64,000 nt of DNA, taken from the IMG/VR virus record IMGVR_UViG_3300042384_001374, positions 1-64,000 of that record; one strand, 5' to 3'. How positions within the stretch are numbered: the stretch's first letter is position 1; the number at the start of each line of letters is the position of its first letter. Made by a program: the position numbers and the translations under genes. The notes under the pieces are model-generated. The model searched no databases. It saw only the letters and a list, made by a program, of their open reading frames with translations, and was not told where the DNA came from. Positions 39,220-50,394 of this stretch are shown here, in pieces. This DNA comes from a virus.

Positions 39220-39987
39220 AAGTGTGCCACAGCCAAATCACCCCCCGTCTCGACCATTTCAAGGCGGAAGAGCGCGGCGCGATGGTTTCCATCATGGCGG
39301 TAGGACATCTCGTCTCTATCAAAGTCCAAGACAAAAACGGCAAGGGGTTTGATCGGATGATTTCCTTCAACGATCTAAACCGCTTGCTTTTCACCATCCC
39401 AGAACAACCCGACCGAGGATACAACCGAATCCCATGAACCAAGAAACCATAGCCCTTGTCTTCATGGCGGACGACACAAGATCCTTTTTCATTGAAGGGC
39501 CTCCTTTTGGGCCTCCTGAAAAGTGGATTAAGCAGTTTGTTGCTCACGTCGCAGAAGTGGAATATGTCGAAGTGTTCGAACTGGGTTCACGGGCTCATTT
39601 TTGGTGCAATCCAAACGTCTGTCCAGAAAATGAATTTTAATTTATGAATCCGCCCGCACCCGATCAACCCACAAAAGACCAGCTCATTGAATTATTTTCA
39701 GTTTTCAATACAGTCTCCGGAGCATTGCAGCTCGACATCAGCCGGGTAATGGCTACCAAACCAGATGTCGCTGCACAGCTCAAAAAACAATTCGAAAGCA
39801 ACGAGCAAGACCAAACGTGGGCGATGGATCAAGCCGCTTACCAATACCTGAAAATCTTCCCTCTCGCCCAAATGAACCGCACCAACATGTTTTGCCGACT
39901 TGCCGCACTGCATTCCGGGTTGACCGGCGACCCGCTGATGCGCGAGGTGTTTGAGGAAGTCAACCGGAGGGTCATCGACAAAGATTT

Positions 39988-40326
39988 ATGATCAAAACAC
40001 CATTTACTTCCGGGCCTTGGACATATGATCCTTTCATTGATACTTTCAGCATCGGAATGATTGCAGTAGGCCCTGATCCAGACAATTATCCAGTTGCCCA
40101 TGTTGAATCGTGGAATGGAGACGGTCCTGACTGTGAAGAAGCCAAGCGTGCTCTTGCCAATGCTCGTCTAATTTCCTCCGCGCCACGCATATTTCACGCT
40201 CTGCAAAATCTCGTTGCTTCATTTGACGGGGGCGGAGCCTTCGGCGGGAAAGAATGGGGATACAACCGAAAGTTTGCCATCGAAGCCCGCGCCGCGCTTG
40301 CTGAAGCTCTCGGTGAATCCGCTTGA
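39988..40326 (+). CDS. Small phage protein (TPGPW...ANARLIAA family)
   Basis: FTSGPW...ANARLISSAP. Confidence 0.65.
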   Translation: MIKTPFTSGPWTYDPFIDTFSIGMIAVGPDPDNYPVAHVESWNGDGPDCEEAKRALANARLISSAPRIFHALQNLVASFDGGGAFGGKEWGYNRKFAIEARAALAEALGESA

Positions 40327-40363
40327 ATTCCATTTTAGCCACGAATAAAACAACCACTCAATC

Positions 40364-41560
40364 ATGACCACCACACCAACTCCGCTCTACTACGACAACT
40401 GCCTGCTCACCGAAGACGATTTGCCCAATCTCGCCGCCGAGCACAAAATTCCATTCACTGATCTGCAAAAAGCCTGCGAGCAAATCCGCAGCAAAGGCGA
40501 AGTGCTTTACAGTCTGTATCCAAACACCACGCGAGAGCGGCTGCGGACGTTCGCAGCGTCCATCACCTTTGAGCCTGATGAAGCTTTGGATTACACCCCC
40601 GGAGAAGACCCCACTCCATGCCTTGTTGTAAATAGTCCGCAGGAGGCAGCCACAACGTCTTTGGTCACCGTTGAGGCACATACTGACGCCGAAGCAGTTC
40701 AAAGCCCGCTAAAGCCGCGCAGCAAAGCAAAGAAAAGCAAACTGGAAGAATCCGTGTTCGATCTCGCAGCCGAACTTTACGATGAAGAAGAAAATGATGA
40801 ATCCACCGAACCTGCCCCGGTCACCCAGCGCGACGAAGTGGTGGAAAGCGCTTCCGTTGCGCTAATGCAGGCAATGGTCGGTGACAGCGCCTCGTTCATC
40901 ATCACCGAGGAAGGCATCTGCTCCATCAACCCGGCGCACCCGCCTACCTTGGTGCATTCCTACCAAGTCGTCTCGTCTGTCCTACGCTTGTCTGACCTGT
41001 CTGACAAAGTAAACGACAAAGGCTGCTGGATGCTTGGCTCAATCCTTGCTGCGTTGGAAGACTACCACGGAGAAAACTTCAACGTCGGACAGGTGTGCGA
41101 GCAAACTGAAAAAGCAGAAAACACCATCCGCACTGCACTGTCTGTGTTCAAAGCGTTCAAAGACAAACGTTACAACCTGTCATTCAGTTCGCACAAGGAA
41201 GGATTTCACATGAAAGCCCCGCTGGAAGTGAAAAAGCTCATCCTGCACAAAGCCGAAACTTACGAACTGACCACCAAGCAAATTCGGGCGCTCGGCAGCG
41301 TGTATCGAGCGATGGAAGACGACACCACCATTCGCAACATCCGCAGCAAACAGCAGGCTTTGGATTTGGTTTCGGCGGTGGAAAGCGTCAAAGTGAAGTG
41401 GTTGGTCTATGAAGACGGCAGGATGGTCGAGCTAACTCGCACAGACGGCTCAACCCCAGACGGTCAGATGGCCATCAATCTAAAAGACAAAGTGTTCTTC
41501 ATCAACGGCGAAAAAGCCGGAGAGGTGGAACGCATCGGCGTCAAAAAAGCCGTGAAGTAA
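40364..41560 (+). CDS. Hypothetical protein upstream of the helicase
   Basis: 398-aa ORF; no family recognised. Confidence 0.65.
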   Translation: MTTTPTPLYYDNCLLTEDDLPNLAAEHKIPFTDLQKACEQIRSKGEVLYSLYPNTTRERLRTFAASITFEPDEALDYTPGEDPTPCLVVNSPQEAATTSLVTVEAHTDAEAVQSPLKPRSKAKKSKLEESVFDLAAELYDEEENDESTEPAPVTQRDEVVESASVALMQAMVGDSASFIITEEGICSINPAHPPTLVHSYQVVSSVLRLSDLSDKVNDKGCWMLGSILAALEDYHGENFNVGQVCEQTEKAENTIRTALSVFKAFKDKRYNLSFSSHKEGFHMKAPLEVKKLILHKAETYELTTKQIRALGSVYRAMEDDTTIRNIRSKQQALDLVSAVESVKVKWLVYEDGRMVELTRTDGSTPDGQMAINLKDKVFFINGEKAGEVERIGVKKAVK

Positions 41561-41604
41561 AATTGATTTTAGCCGCAACTAAAACTGAAAGGAGCACCCG
41601 ACCC

Positions 41605-43029
41605 ATGAGCAAAATAAAGAATCTCAGCGAAGACATCACCAAAGCGCCACCACATGCAATAGGACCTGAAAAATCCACTCTTTCATCTATGTTGCAAGAA
41701 CCCGGACGATTTATCCGGCAAGCGCTCAATGAAAATCTAGTTGTTGACGACTATTACATTCCAGCCCATCGCCATCTTTATCAATTTTTGCTCAAACTTC
41801 ACGAACAAGGAGAGCAAATCGAATTGGTGTCACTGGTCCAGCGGCTACTTGACAACGGGCAGCTTGATCGAATTGGAGGCGCGTCGACACTTGCCGAGCT
41901 GCATAACTACGCTATCGGACACAGCCATTTCTCTCTTCATTTGTCTCAAGTGAAAGACAAAGCGGTGCTGCGGGAAATCATCCGAAAAGCAAACGCACAA
42001 ATCCGTGCGGCTTACGAACAGCCCGATGAAGTCAAAGAGCTGGTCAACCAGCTTGCTTCGGACGCCGCTGAAATGGCGGTGAAGACCGAAAACCGGGCGT
42101 CCGATTTCAAAAAGTATCGCGAACAAATTGTCACTCCGGATTCGATGAAAGAACAAGTGGTCAGCTACCTCAACGGCGACCGGGTGCTTGGTGGAGACGG
42201 CTTTTTCCTTTCCCCGTTCGATCTCGCATTCCGCAAGCACGAGTGGACGGTGTGGTGCGGAACGAGCACCCACGGCAAATCGCAAGCCGTGCAGAATCAG
42301 CTCGCTTGGCTTGCATCGCTCGGCCGCAAGTCGATCATCGCTTCGCTGGAGCAGCCGCCCGAAATCACGCTTGGTCAAATCCTCAAGGCAATGACCGCCT
42401 ACAAGGACATCGCAAGAAGCGAGGAATTCGAACCGGCGTGGGGCTACATAAACACCCAGATCCAGATGTATCGCGGGCAACGCAAGACCAGCCCGAAGCA
42501 TCTCATCGAAACCTTTCGTCAAGCCTATCTGAACAACGGCACGGACACCGGGGTGATTGACAACCTGATGTGCCTGCAAGTGGATAGAGGCGACAACTCG
42601 GCCTTGGCGAACGCCATCGACATGTTCCGGGTGTTTGTTTCGGAGTATCCATTTCACCTTCATCTTGTCGTCCACCCCCGCAAACCGGGAGGCAACGAAT
42701 CACCCAACCGCGCACCCACCCAAGCCGACATCCGTGGACCGGCAGAAATCGGCGATCAACCGAACAACGTCATCGTCATTTCCCGAGACTTGGACAAGAG
42801 CCGAAAGCTCGCCGAGATGGAAGCGGGGCATTTCTCCAAGCTCGAACGCGAAGCCTTCTGGCAAAGCACTCCCTGCGGCAAGATTGCGGTTGAAAAGCAG
42901 CGCATGACCGGCTCGATGCCCATCAAGCACACTTGGTTTGACCCGGTTTGCAACCAGTTCATGGATCACCCCGGCAAAGCCAGACCGATGTTCTTGATTC
43001 CACCGTGGGAGGTTGAGCCTTTGGCTTGA
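41605..43029 (+). CDS. dnaB: DnaB/SF4 replicative helicase
   Basis: DnaB N-domain PPHAIGPEKSTLSSML, Walker A GTSTHGKS, ASLE, VIDNL, VVHPRK and EKQR. Confidence 0.85.
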   Translation: MSKIKNLSEDITKAPPHAIGPEKSTLSSMLQEPGRFIRQALNENLVVDDYYIPAHRHLYQFLLKLHEQGEQIELVSLVQRLLDNGQLDRIGGASTLAELHNYAIGHSHFSLHLSQVKDKAVLREIIRKANAQIRAAYEQPDEVKELVNQLASDAAEMAVKTENRASDFKKYREQIVTPDSMKEQVVSYLNGDRVLGGDGFFLSPFDLAFRKHEWTVWCGTSTHGKSQAVQNQLAWLASLGRKSIIASLEQPPEITLGQILKAMTAYKDIARSEEFEPAWGYINTQIQMYRGQRKTSPKHLIETFRQAYLNNGTDTGVIDNLMCLQVDRGDNSALANAIDMFRVFVSEYPFHLHLVVHPRKPGGNESPNRAPTQADIRGPAEIGDQPNNVIVISRDLDKSRKLAEMEAGHFSKLEREAFWQSTPCGKIAVEKQRMTGSMPIKHTWFDPVCNQFMDHPGKARPMFLIPPWEVEPLA

Positions 43030-43584
43030 GAGCTTAGTATGAACGATTCAGTCACTCTTTGTTCTTTCTGCAACAAACCAGCAACCACCTATCACATTCC
43101 GCCCAATGTAAACAGCAAAACCTTCGCTGCCATCCCACTTTGCGGCGGCGATCATCGCGGCGGCGTCCGAACCAAAAAGAAGTCTAAAAAATGCGCGACA
43201 TAGCCATGATGGAAATTCACCGGAGGACCAAAGGGGTGGGCCGCAGCAAGCCGGGCGACATCTCTGGTTGTTTCGACATTGCGATGGGCCACAACCGCTA
43301 CGCAGGCCCGAGAACAGCCGTGTGCAAGGTGATGGTGAAGCAAGGTTGGGAGTGCTTGACCATCGCAATCAAATACCGGGTCAGGAGCCGCCTCTACGAA
43401 CGGGCTCCCAATCCGTCTGAAGAAGCTCGCCTGTTGCCGCTGTTCTTCCACGAATGGGAGCTGCCCATCCGGGTGTTTGTGATGCCAATCGACATCGACG
43501 CACCCGCAAGATATTTGCTTTCTGAACGCAGCAACCAACTTATGGATCATTTACCCCAATTTTAGCCAAAACCAAAAACATTTC

Positions 43585-43854
43585 ATGTCATCCACCGAAC
43601 AAATCCTTGCCGAGCGTCCAGCGACTCACGGCCGCTTTGAGGACAACTCGCGCATCACCTGCGACATCATGCAGGTGCTTCAACAATCTCCAAACTGGAA
43701 ATTGACTTCTCCAACCATCAAAGTTGGAACCATCATGATCGTCCACAAATTAGCCCGCGCTTTCTCCGGTGATTTGAACTATTCCGATCATTGGCTTGAC
43801 GTGGCAGGTTATGCCAGTCTGATTTTCGACACCAACCAACAACCAACCAACTGA
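43585..43854 (+). CDS. DUF6378-like protein
   Basis: ILAERPATHGRF...KLARAFSGD..YSDHWLDVAGYA. Confidence 0.75.
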   Translation: MSSTEQILAERPATHGRFEDNSRITCDIMQVLQQSPNWKLTSPTIKVGTIMIVHKLARAFSGDLNYSDHWLDVAGYASLIFDTNQQPTN

Positions 43855-44045
43855 CATCATGCTCTCACGAATCCACGTTCTCACTGAAAAGCTCACTGCC
43901 GCCACCGCTCCGATTTTCATGGAGCACAAAACCTACGATGACATTCTTGCCGCCATGTGTTTGTTGATGGCGCGTATTGTGCAGTCAACTCCGGAAAAAG
44001 GTCAGGAACTTCAAGTTTTAGACAACGCTCAAAACCAAATTTCCC

Positions 44046-44750
44046 ATGCTCTCACGCAATTCCTCAAGCTTGAAGAACAAATTATCAACGCCCGTGCGGC
44101 CGAAAGGGACCGGGCTCGGAAACTCGTTGAAGACGGCATTGCTGGTTTTGGAGATCTTACCGTCGTCAACGGAAATGAGTTTGGACCCGCTTTTGTCGGA
44201 AAGCCAGTTGCCATTGAAGCAGAAACCATTTTGCAAATTGACGACAGGCTCCCAGAAGATGATGAATTTCCCGATTCATTCGAAGCGACCAGTTCCAAAG
44301 ATCAAAACGACATGGCCAGCGACATTGAAGACGGCTACAACCCGGACGGCCCGAGAAGTTACGCACAAGGCATTTAAAAAAGCCCGCAAGCAGTCCGCTG
44401 GCGCTCAGCGTCGCAAAGCCCTAGAAGCCTCTTACAAAGCTGCCTGTGAGGAAATACATCCTGAAGCCGTTTGTGCCGTCTGCGGCGTCCGTAGCGAAAG
44501 CGCAGGCATGGAGCGCCATCACGTCGCGGGCCGCCGTAAAGCCAGCATGTGCTTCTTCGTTCTGCTCCACACCCCGTGTCATCACGAAAGGGTCCACGCC
44601 AATCCCAAATGGGCCGAAGCAAACGGTTTGCTCTGGAGTGGTCGCAACTCTAAAACCCTTACTCTTGCCGACGCAAACCGACTTCTGGCTTTAATGCCGC
44701 ACCCGCCAAGCGATTGCATTCCTCGCTGGATCAAGCACACGCCTCAATAA
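44046..44750 (+). CDS. HNH-like/Zn-finger nuclease candidate (true start probably near 44320)
   Basis: CAVCG...ERHHVAGRR...LHTPCHHERVH. Confidence 0.55.
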   Translation: MLSRNSSSLKNKLSTPVRPKGTGLGNSLKTALLVLEILPSSTEMSLDPLLSESQLPLKQKPFCKLTTGSQKMMNFPIHSKRPVPKIKTTWPATLKTATTRTAREVTHKAFKKARKQSAGAQRRKALEASYKAACEEIHPEAVCAVCGVRSESAGMERHHVAGRRKASMCFFVLLHTPCHHERVHANPKWAEANGLLWSGRNSKTLTLADANRLLALMPHPPSDCIPRWIKHTPQ

Positions 44751-44754
44751 ATTT

Positions 44755-45150
44755 ATGACCAACACACCTACACTCGACCAACTCGAAGCCCTTGTCCTAG
44801 AATGGGGAAAAGCCAAAGGCATTCTCGAACACGCTACGCCAGAATCCCAGTTTCGCAAAACTCTGGAAGAGGTTCAAGAAATTGCAGACGGACTTGAATT
44901 TGGAATTGATGAAGAAATTCTGGATGGTATCGGAGACACGGGGGTAACTCTAATCTTGCTTGCCGCCCTTAAAGGCTGGACGTTCCGTCAGTGTCTTGCG
45001 CACGCCTACGGCATTATTTCCAAACGCACCGGACGAATGGTTGATGGAATGTTCGTGAAAGATGTTCCGTCAAGCGATGATGACCTTGGTGAACTAGACG
45101 CGTCCAAAGCTTGTCGTGTGGGTGATGAACCCTGCGAAAGCTGCCAATAA
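44755..45150 (+). CDS. MazG-like nucleotide pyrophosphohydrolase
   Basis: QFRKTLEEVQE...DGIGDTGVTL...AYGIISKRTGRMVDGMFVKD. Confidence 0.85.
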   Translation: MTNTPTLDQLEALVLEWGKAKGILEHATPESQFRKTLEEVQEIADGLEFGIDEEILDGIGDTGVTLILLAALKGWTFRQCLAHAYGIISKRTGRMVDGMFVKDVPSSDDDLGELDASKACRVGDEPCESCQ

Positions 45151-47268
45151 TTTTAGCCACGGCTAAACAAATCCCGTCCGTAAACAATCGGACAAATGAC
45201 CGAAGCGTGATTGCAAGCGCGTGACGGCAAGAAGCCTATATGGTAAGTGGCTCCCCATCTGCTCGGCGTGGTAACAACTGACCGGGCGCATTCTCCAGCC
45301 AACCCAACTCATAAGCGAACATTACATCGGCCGCGCCGCCGAAGCTGCCGCCCGAGCCCGTCACAACCGAATCCACAAACCAATGAAAAAGACCGCCAAG
45401 AAAAAGACCGCCGCCAAGAAAGTTCCAAGCAAGCAGGCCCGCGCCTTCTCGCAAGCCTTGGAGACATTCAAGAAGCCTGAGTCCCCAATCGAACTTCAGC
45501 ACGCGGAACACCTGCTTGTTCGTAAAATTGGTCAGGTGATAAAAGAACCGGCTGACAGCTTTGTGGATTTGCCTAATTCCGATCCAGTTCCAGAGCATGC
45601 CGAAAATTGGGAATCCGTGCCCAACTACGGCCCTTCCACCGAAGTGGACGAAGAAGCGATGGCTCGCGAGGTGTTGTTTGGCGAGATGCCAGTTTCTGAT
45701 GCTCATGCAGCAGCCGTAGAAGCGTCGCCGCCTAACCTTGGCCACATAGTGCCACAAACCACACCCGACGCGCCACAAACGCCCCTACACGACGAAAAGC
45801 TCGGACAAAACCTTAAACCATCCGAAACCACCGACGATCAACTCGACCCAGAGCAACTCGCCAACAACATTGAGCTGCTGATCGACTCGCTCAACTTCAT
45901 CCACGACCGGGGATGGCTGCGCAAAATGCAGGAAAAAGACATCCAAATCGTCAAAGCCCGCATTAAGTGCGGACGCAAAATTATCAGTCAACTCCGCAAC
46001 TAATTTTAGCCACGACTAAAATGGAAGAGATCAACCTTGCCGCGCCTAACCAGCAAAAAAAAAGCGGCTTTATTCTGCGTCCAACCCCGGACCCGGAACC
46101 TCCCGTCGTCGTTCCGTGCTGCCAATACGTTCTTACCGATACCCAAGAATACTCAGTATTCTGGAATCCTTTCAACAAAGTAGTGCAATGTCACAACTGT
46201 GGACACATCTGGACCCCGGAATCCATCAAGTGAGCAAAAAACCCAAAACCAAAAAAATCGGAGTCAAGGAACTGCTTGCGCTTTTAGGTGCTGATCCAAA
46301 CGAAGCTATCCCAACCGGACTGCGCGAAGCGGAATGGGCCACGCAATTAGAAGGCTGTGAACATGAGCCCGTCGGGCTTGGGAAATGCTCAACAACCAGC
46401 AAGGTAATGTTCTTGTCATTCTCTCAAGCCAAAGCCGCCAGCAAGCGCCGTCTCAAGCGCGGATCAAATGCCAACGCTTTCCGGATTTATCTGTGCCCGG
46501 ATTGTTCGCACTTTCACATGACCAGCCAAGTCAAACGCTCATGACTGAAACCCTACCACATAAAAAAGACGACCAAGACTTCATCGACAAACACGGCCGC
46601 AACCACACTTGCGAATGCGGTTTGACCAACATTTGGAGCCCACGTTTCGACATGTGGATGTGTTCCGGTAACCTCGCCAAATACAAAGCACTCTACAAAA
46701 ATTCCCTTGAAGTATGAATTCCATCTGCCACTACAAAGAAAACGAACAAGGATATTGGAATTCCGATTGCGGCAAAACATTTGACTCGATCACTTGGCAC
46801 GATTATGCCCGCGATTTTATTTGGTGTCCCTATTGCGGATCTGAAATGAATTCTGAAATGCACATGTCAAAACAAGACCTTAAAGAAGATCGCGGCGACC
46901 GGGCGCATCAAGAAAGGAAAGATGACGAAGAGTGAGCGCAAAAAAGAAAACAGCCCAGCACGTTTATGCGCTAAAAGTCAGCGAGATCCTAAAAAAGCTG
47001 GGAATCCCTGAGGCCAAACAAGACAAATTCGGAAATCCTTATATCAACCCGGAATATTTGACGCGCCTTCCAGTTACGGTAAAATCTGATTACCAGTCAA
47101 AAGATTGCCACCGGGTAATTTTCAAGCTTTATAAGCAATAGAAACAACCAAAAAACCCAAAATCATGACTACCATTGACATTGTAATTTTAATTTGGTCC
47201 GCCGTCATCGGCGTAATTTTCATTTTTTGGCATGTTTTTATCAGCGGGAGAAGGGGACGATAACTTTT

Positions 47269-47676
47269 ATGGAAAATACAATACAAAGCGAAGTAACGTT
47301 GCCATGCACGCCTAGTGATGCATTTAAAATGGTGGAATTCATTCGCCGATACAATAGGTGGAGGCGCGGCGACGAATCGCTTGAGATGGAATCACCGAAA
47401 GCCATTGGAGATGCCCTTGATGCTGTTTGCAGCTTTATAGAAACTCTAGAACGCGAGCAAGACGAATGGGTCGCCAAAGCGGTAGAGCTATGCGCCGAGC
47501 GGGAATCCAATGCCATGCAGGCGTTGGCGTATAAAGCCGAGCGGGACGAGGCGCGTGCAATGGCGCGTGACATGCGGAACCAGCTCGAAAAGGCATCAAC
47601 GGCCCGACTGCTCTTTCCTTCCGAGAACGCTGGGGGCCATGCGCCCGGAGTAAAAGATCAAGCCAATGAAAAGTAA
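47269..47676 (+). CDS. Hypothetical protein ending inside attC A
   Basis: Coiled-coil ORF; stop lies in the attC loop. Confidence 0.6.
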   Translation: MENTIQSEVTLPCTPSDAFKMVEFIRRYNRWRRGDESLEMESPKAIGDALDAVCSFIETLEREQDEWVAKAVELCAERESNAMQALAYKAERDEARAMARDMRNQLEKASTARLLFPSENAGGHAPGVKDQANEK

Positions 47677-48001
47677 CAGAAAAGCTTCTCCGGGTCGTAT
47701 GCGCTCCCTTGTTCGTCCGTGGCAGGAACTCGCGACCCATGCTGACAAAACAATCACGCCGACCGTGGGTGAGACGCTGGAATACCTCTGGGATGGCTAC
47801 CGTGGAGAGGGGCAATGGAGGTCATGCACGATCACACGGATTGATGAGGGGCAATCATGGACGCGACTCCATGCCCGAATGTATTGGGGTTTCGATCACG
47901 CGGATCGCCACCCACGCGAACAAATACTGCACCCACGGGCATTCCGTCGGACGAACGCTAGGGCTATGACGCCAGCAACTGAATCAGACCATGGAAAGTA
48001 A
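47666..48001 (+). CDS. Cassette ORF (hypothetical)
   Basis: Starts in attC A and ends in attC B. Confidence 0.6.
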   Translation: MKSNRKASPGRMRSLVRPWQELATHADKTITPTVGETLEYLWDGYRGEGQWRSCTITRIDEGQSWTRLHARMYWGFDHADRHPREQILHPRAFRRTNARAMTPATESDHGK

Positions 48002-48350
48002 CAGAAAAGCTATTGAGGGTCGGGCATCAGCCCCTTGTTCTCGGTCTTTTGATGACCTACTGGAGAGCTTGGACGCATGGATCGAGGACGCGCTAAAAGG
48101 CTCGAAGCCTATCGGACTAACGCTATCCCGCGCCCGCACCACCATCACCGATCAAAGGGATAGGATCGGGGAAATCTTCGATGCGTTGGAATGCCAGAAT
48201 AAGGAAGTGGAAAAGCTCCGCGCCGCCATCCGAAACCTCCGCGATGTAAAGGGACGCCATCATACGCAAATCGCCACGGAACAACTCTTCGCCCTTCTTC
48301 CCGAGAACGATGAGCCCATGCGCGGCGAAAATGGAACGAATATGAAATGA
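47991..48350 (+). CDS. Cassette ORF (hypothetical, coiled coil)
   Basis: Starts in attC B and ends in attC C. Confidence 0.6.
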   Translation: MESNRKAIEGRASAPCSRSFDDLLESLDAWIEDALKGSKPIGLTLSRARTTITDQRDRIGEIFDALECQNKEVEKLRAAIRNLRDVKGRHHTQIATEQLFALLPENDEPMRGENGTNMK

Positions 48351-48427
48351 AATTGAGGAGCTTCTGGCCGTCGAATGCGGCGGCTTGTTCTCTGAATCAG
48401 CCCGAATAACACGAACGACGACGATCA

Positions 48428-48637
48428 ATGAAAGACGAAGATATAGCCGATGCCGAAGCGCAAGGATTTGCTTCCCTCAAGTGGGACGCCGCCGAAAATC
48501 GAGATATCAAAACCGCCCTTGAAATGCAAAAGGCGGAAACGGAATCACTTTGCCGTCTGGCGAAGATGATTGAACAACCCGACCCGGAAGATCCAACGAA
48601 AGCCGCCGACTGGTGGAAACCTGAAACCGACCAATGA
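48428..48637 (+). CDS. Cassette ORF (hypothetical)
   Basis: 69 aa, coupled to the next ORF. Confidence 0.5.
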   Translation: MKDEDIADAEAQGFASLKWDAAENRDIKTALEMQKAETESLCRLAKMIEQPDPEDPTKAADWWKPETDQ

Positions 48638-49047
48638 AAAACAACCGCACGCAAAAAGAAGTGATCCAAGAACGCCAACGAAATGCCGGGTCCAATATCG
48701 CGGCGTATCTGCCAAAACCTCCTGGATCGTATGGAAACCCTTACGAACGGCAACAGACCGCAAACAAGCCGCAGCATCTACGTCCTGATTCGGAAGGCTG
48801 GTGGTGGAGGCTTTGTAAGGGCGAGTGGGAATGCGGCAAGGCTGAATACATCCAGTGGGAAGACGCTGGAGAACCCGAACAAGAGCGAGTATTAGCGTGG
48901 TCCCGTGGAGGATGTTACACGCGATGCGACCAAATCAACCTTCGCTTGGACTCTGGGACACGCTGGTTCAAAGCAACTCCGCCCATCTTGGATTCAGAGA
49001 ACACAACCAGCCCATCTACGGGCGCAACTGAAAAAGATCATGAGTGA
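48634..49047 (+). CDS. Cassette ORF (hypothetical)
   Basis: Ends in attC D. Confidence 0.55.
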   Translation: MKNNRTQKEVIQERQRNAGSNIAAYLPKPPGSYGNPYERQQTANKPQHLRPDSEGWWWRLCKGEWECGKAEYIQWEDAGEPEQERVLAWSRGGCYTRCDQINLRLDSGTRWFKATPPILDSENTTSPSTGATEKDHE

Positions 49048-49405
49048 GAAAATGGAAAGCGATAGCCCGTTAGATGCGGCGACTTGTTCGGCTCTTCTTG
49101 ATGCCTCGCTCGACCTGCTCGCCGGATGGTGCGATGCCGTGAAAAACGGCGGCACTGGGTGGGATGATTGGGACGGATGGTATAAAGACGCCTGCTATCG
49201 CCCCGGCCCGCTGCGCGAACTGATCGATGCTCGCATAGCGAAGATCGCCGCCGATGAATCTGAATGTCCGAGATGCCATGCAACGCGCACATATTACGAC
49301 GGGTGGAACTGTCCGACTGAAGGATGTGATTCTTTGCCGAACGCATCAGCGATGGCACCGCCGCCCCAGCGGCTGCCATCCACGAAGGACGTTCCCGGCG
49401 GTTGA
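49040..49405 (+). CDS. Cassette ORF with C-terminal Zn ribbon
   Basis: ATG 49040 lies in attC D; CPRC..CPTEGC; stop lies in attC E. Confidence 0.6.
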   Translation: MSEKMESDSPLDAATCSALLDASLDLLAGWCDAVKNGGTGWDDWDGWYKDACYRPGPLRELIDARIAKIAADESECPRCHATRTYYDGWNCPTEGCDSLPNASAMAPPPQRLPSTKDVPGG

Positions 49406-49448
49406 CCATCCGCGTCTTGTTCTGGGTCTTTTTGGGGGCGCGAAAAAA

Positions 49449-49500
49449 TATGAGAATCTCATAAAATAAATGTTGACCTTGTGCGAGAATCTCGTAATGT
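49449..49500 (+). promoter_or_regulatory. Sigma70 promoter overlapped by two palindromic operators
   Basis: TTGACC(49473)-16 nt-TAATGT; operators TATGAGA-A-TCTCATA (49449-49463) and CGAGA-A-TCTCG (49484-49494). Confidence 0.7.
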
Positions 49501-49546
49501 CTCCCCAGTTGCACGACGCAACGCCAACACCAAACCAAACACGAAA

Positions 49547-49819
49547 ATGAAAATCACCATCAGCCACGACCAAGACAGCATCGACCCATCCGCCACCTAC
49601 TCCGACGAGCAATTCGTGGAAGTCCGCAAGGCTCTCGAAGCCGAATACGAAAAGGCCATCCTCGCCGAATACCCCGAAGCCGAAATCGACTTCAGCGGCA
49701 CTGACACCACCTACGCGATCCGCGTAACCGGAACCGAAATGGATGACCCGAGCGAGATTGAGGAGAACGTGCAAAGCATCTGCGAAAGCGTCTTCGAAAC
49801 CGGAAACTTCTGGATCTAA
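49547..49819 (+). CDS. Small highly acidic protein (anti-defence/DNA-mimic candidate)
   Basis: 90 aa with 22 D/E versus 5 K/R. Confidence 0.6.
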   Translation: MKITISHDQDSIDPSATYSDEQFVEVRKALEAEYEKAILAEYPEAEIDFSGTDTTYAIRVTGTEMDDPSEIEENVQSICESVFETGNFWI

Positions 49820-50004
49820 TGTTCGCCGATCAACTCAAAGATGAGCGCAAACGCCTCGGCCTGACACAGGCCGGGGCGGATGCCGTCCTCGATACCTGTC
49901 GGGGACAGGTAGCCGCATGGGAAAGCGGACGCAACACGCCGCACGTCCTCACTCAGGAGGGAGCCTTGGCACGCCTCCGCAACCGGAAGACTCCGCGCAA
50001 ATGA
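49819..50004 (+). CDS. XRE/Cro-type HTH regulator (Aca-like context)
   Basis: LKDERKRLGLTQAGADAVLDTCRGQVAAWESGRNTP. Confidence 0.85.
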   Translation: MFADQLKDERKRLGLTQAGADAVLDTCRGQVAAWESGRNTPHVLTQEGALARLRNRKTPRK

Positions 50005-50079
50005 TTCTTCCCCAGAACGCAATAGGTGAGGCACGGGCGGACAACGCCAGCCCGCCACAAGATCAAAATCTCTAATCAC

Positions 50080-50379
50080 ATGGAAACTCCGAATCAAACC
50101 GACCCGCCCGTTGACCTCGACCGCCTTGTTCGTCCTTCTTGGTTCAAGGGGGACGCGGCTTGCGACTGGCATGAAGATGCTGGCCACGAGAACGGCAGCT
50201 ACTACTGCAAGTGCCTCGACTGCGATGCTGACTTCGTGGGGCATAAACGCCGCCACATCTGCCGCAAATGCCACTACGAAGCCAAGGCCAGATATGACGC
50301 TCTGACCCCCGAAAAACGGGCGGCATTTGATGAAAAACGAAACGCCGAAATCAGGGCATTCTTTGAGACGAACGCCTAG
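50080..50379 (+). CDS. Cassette ORF with Zn finger
   Basis: ATG lies in attC F; GSYYCKCLDCDADFVGHKRRHICRKC. Confidence 0.65.
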   Translation: METPNQTDPPVDLDRLVRPSWFKGDAACDWHEDAGHENGSYYCKCLDCDADFVGHKRRHICRKCHYEAKARYDALTPEKRAAFDEKRNAEIRAFFETNA

Positions 50380-50394
50380 CTCATGCACCCGCCC

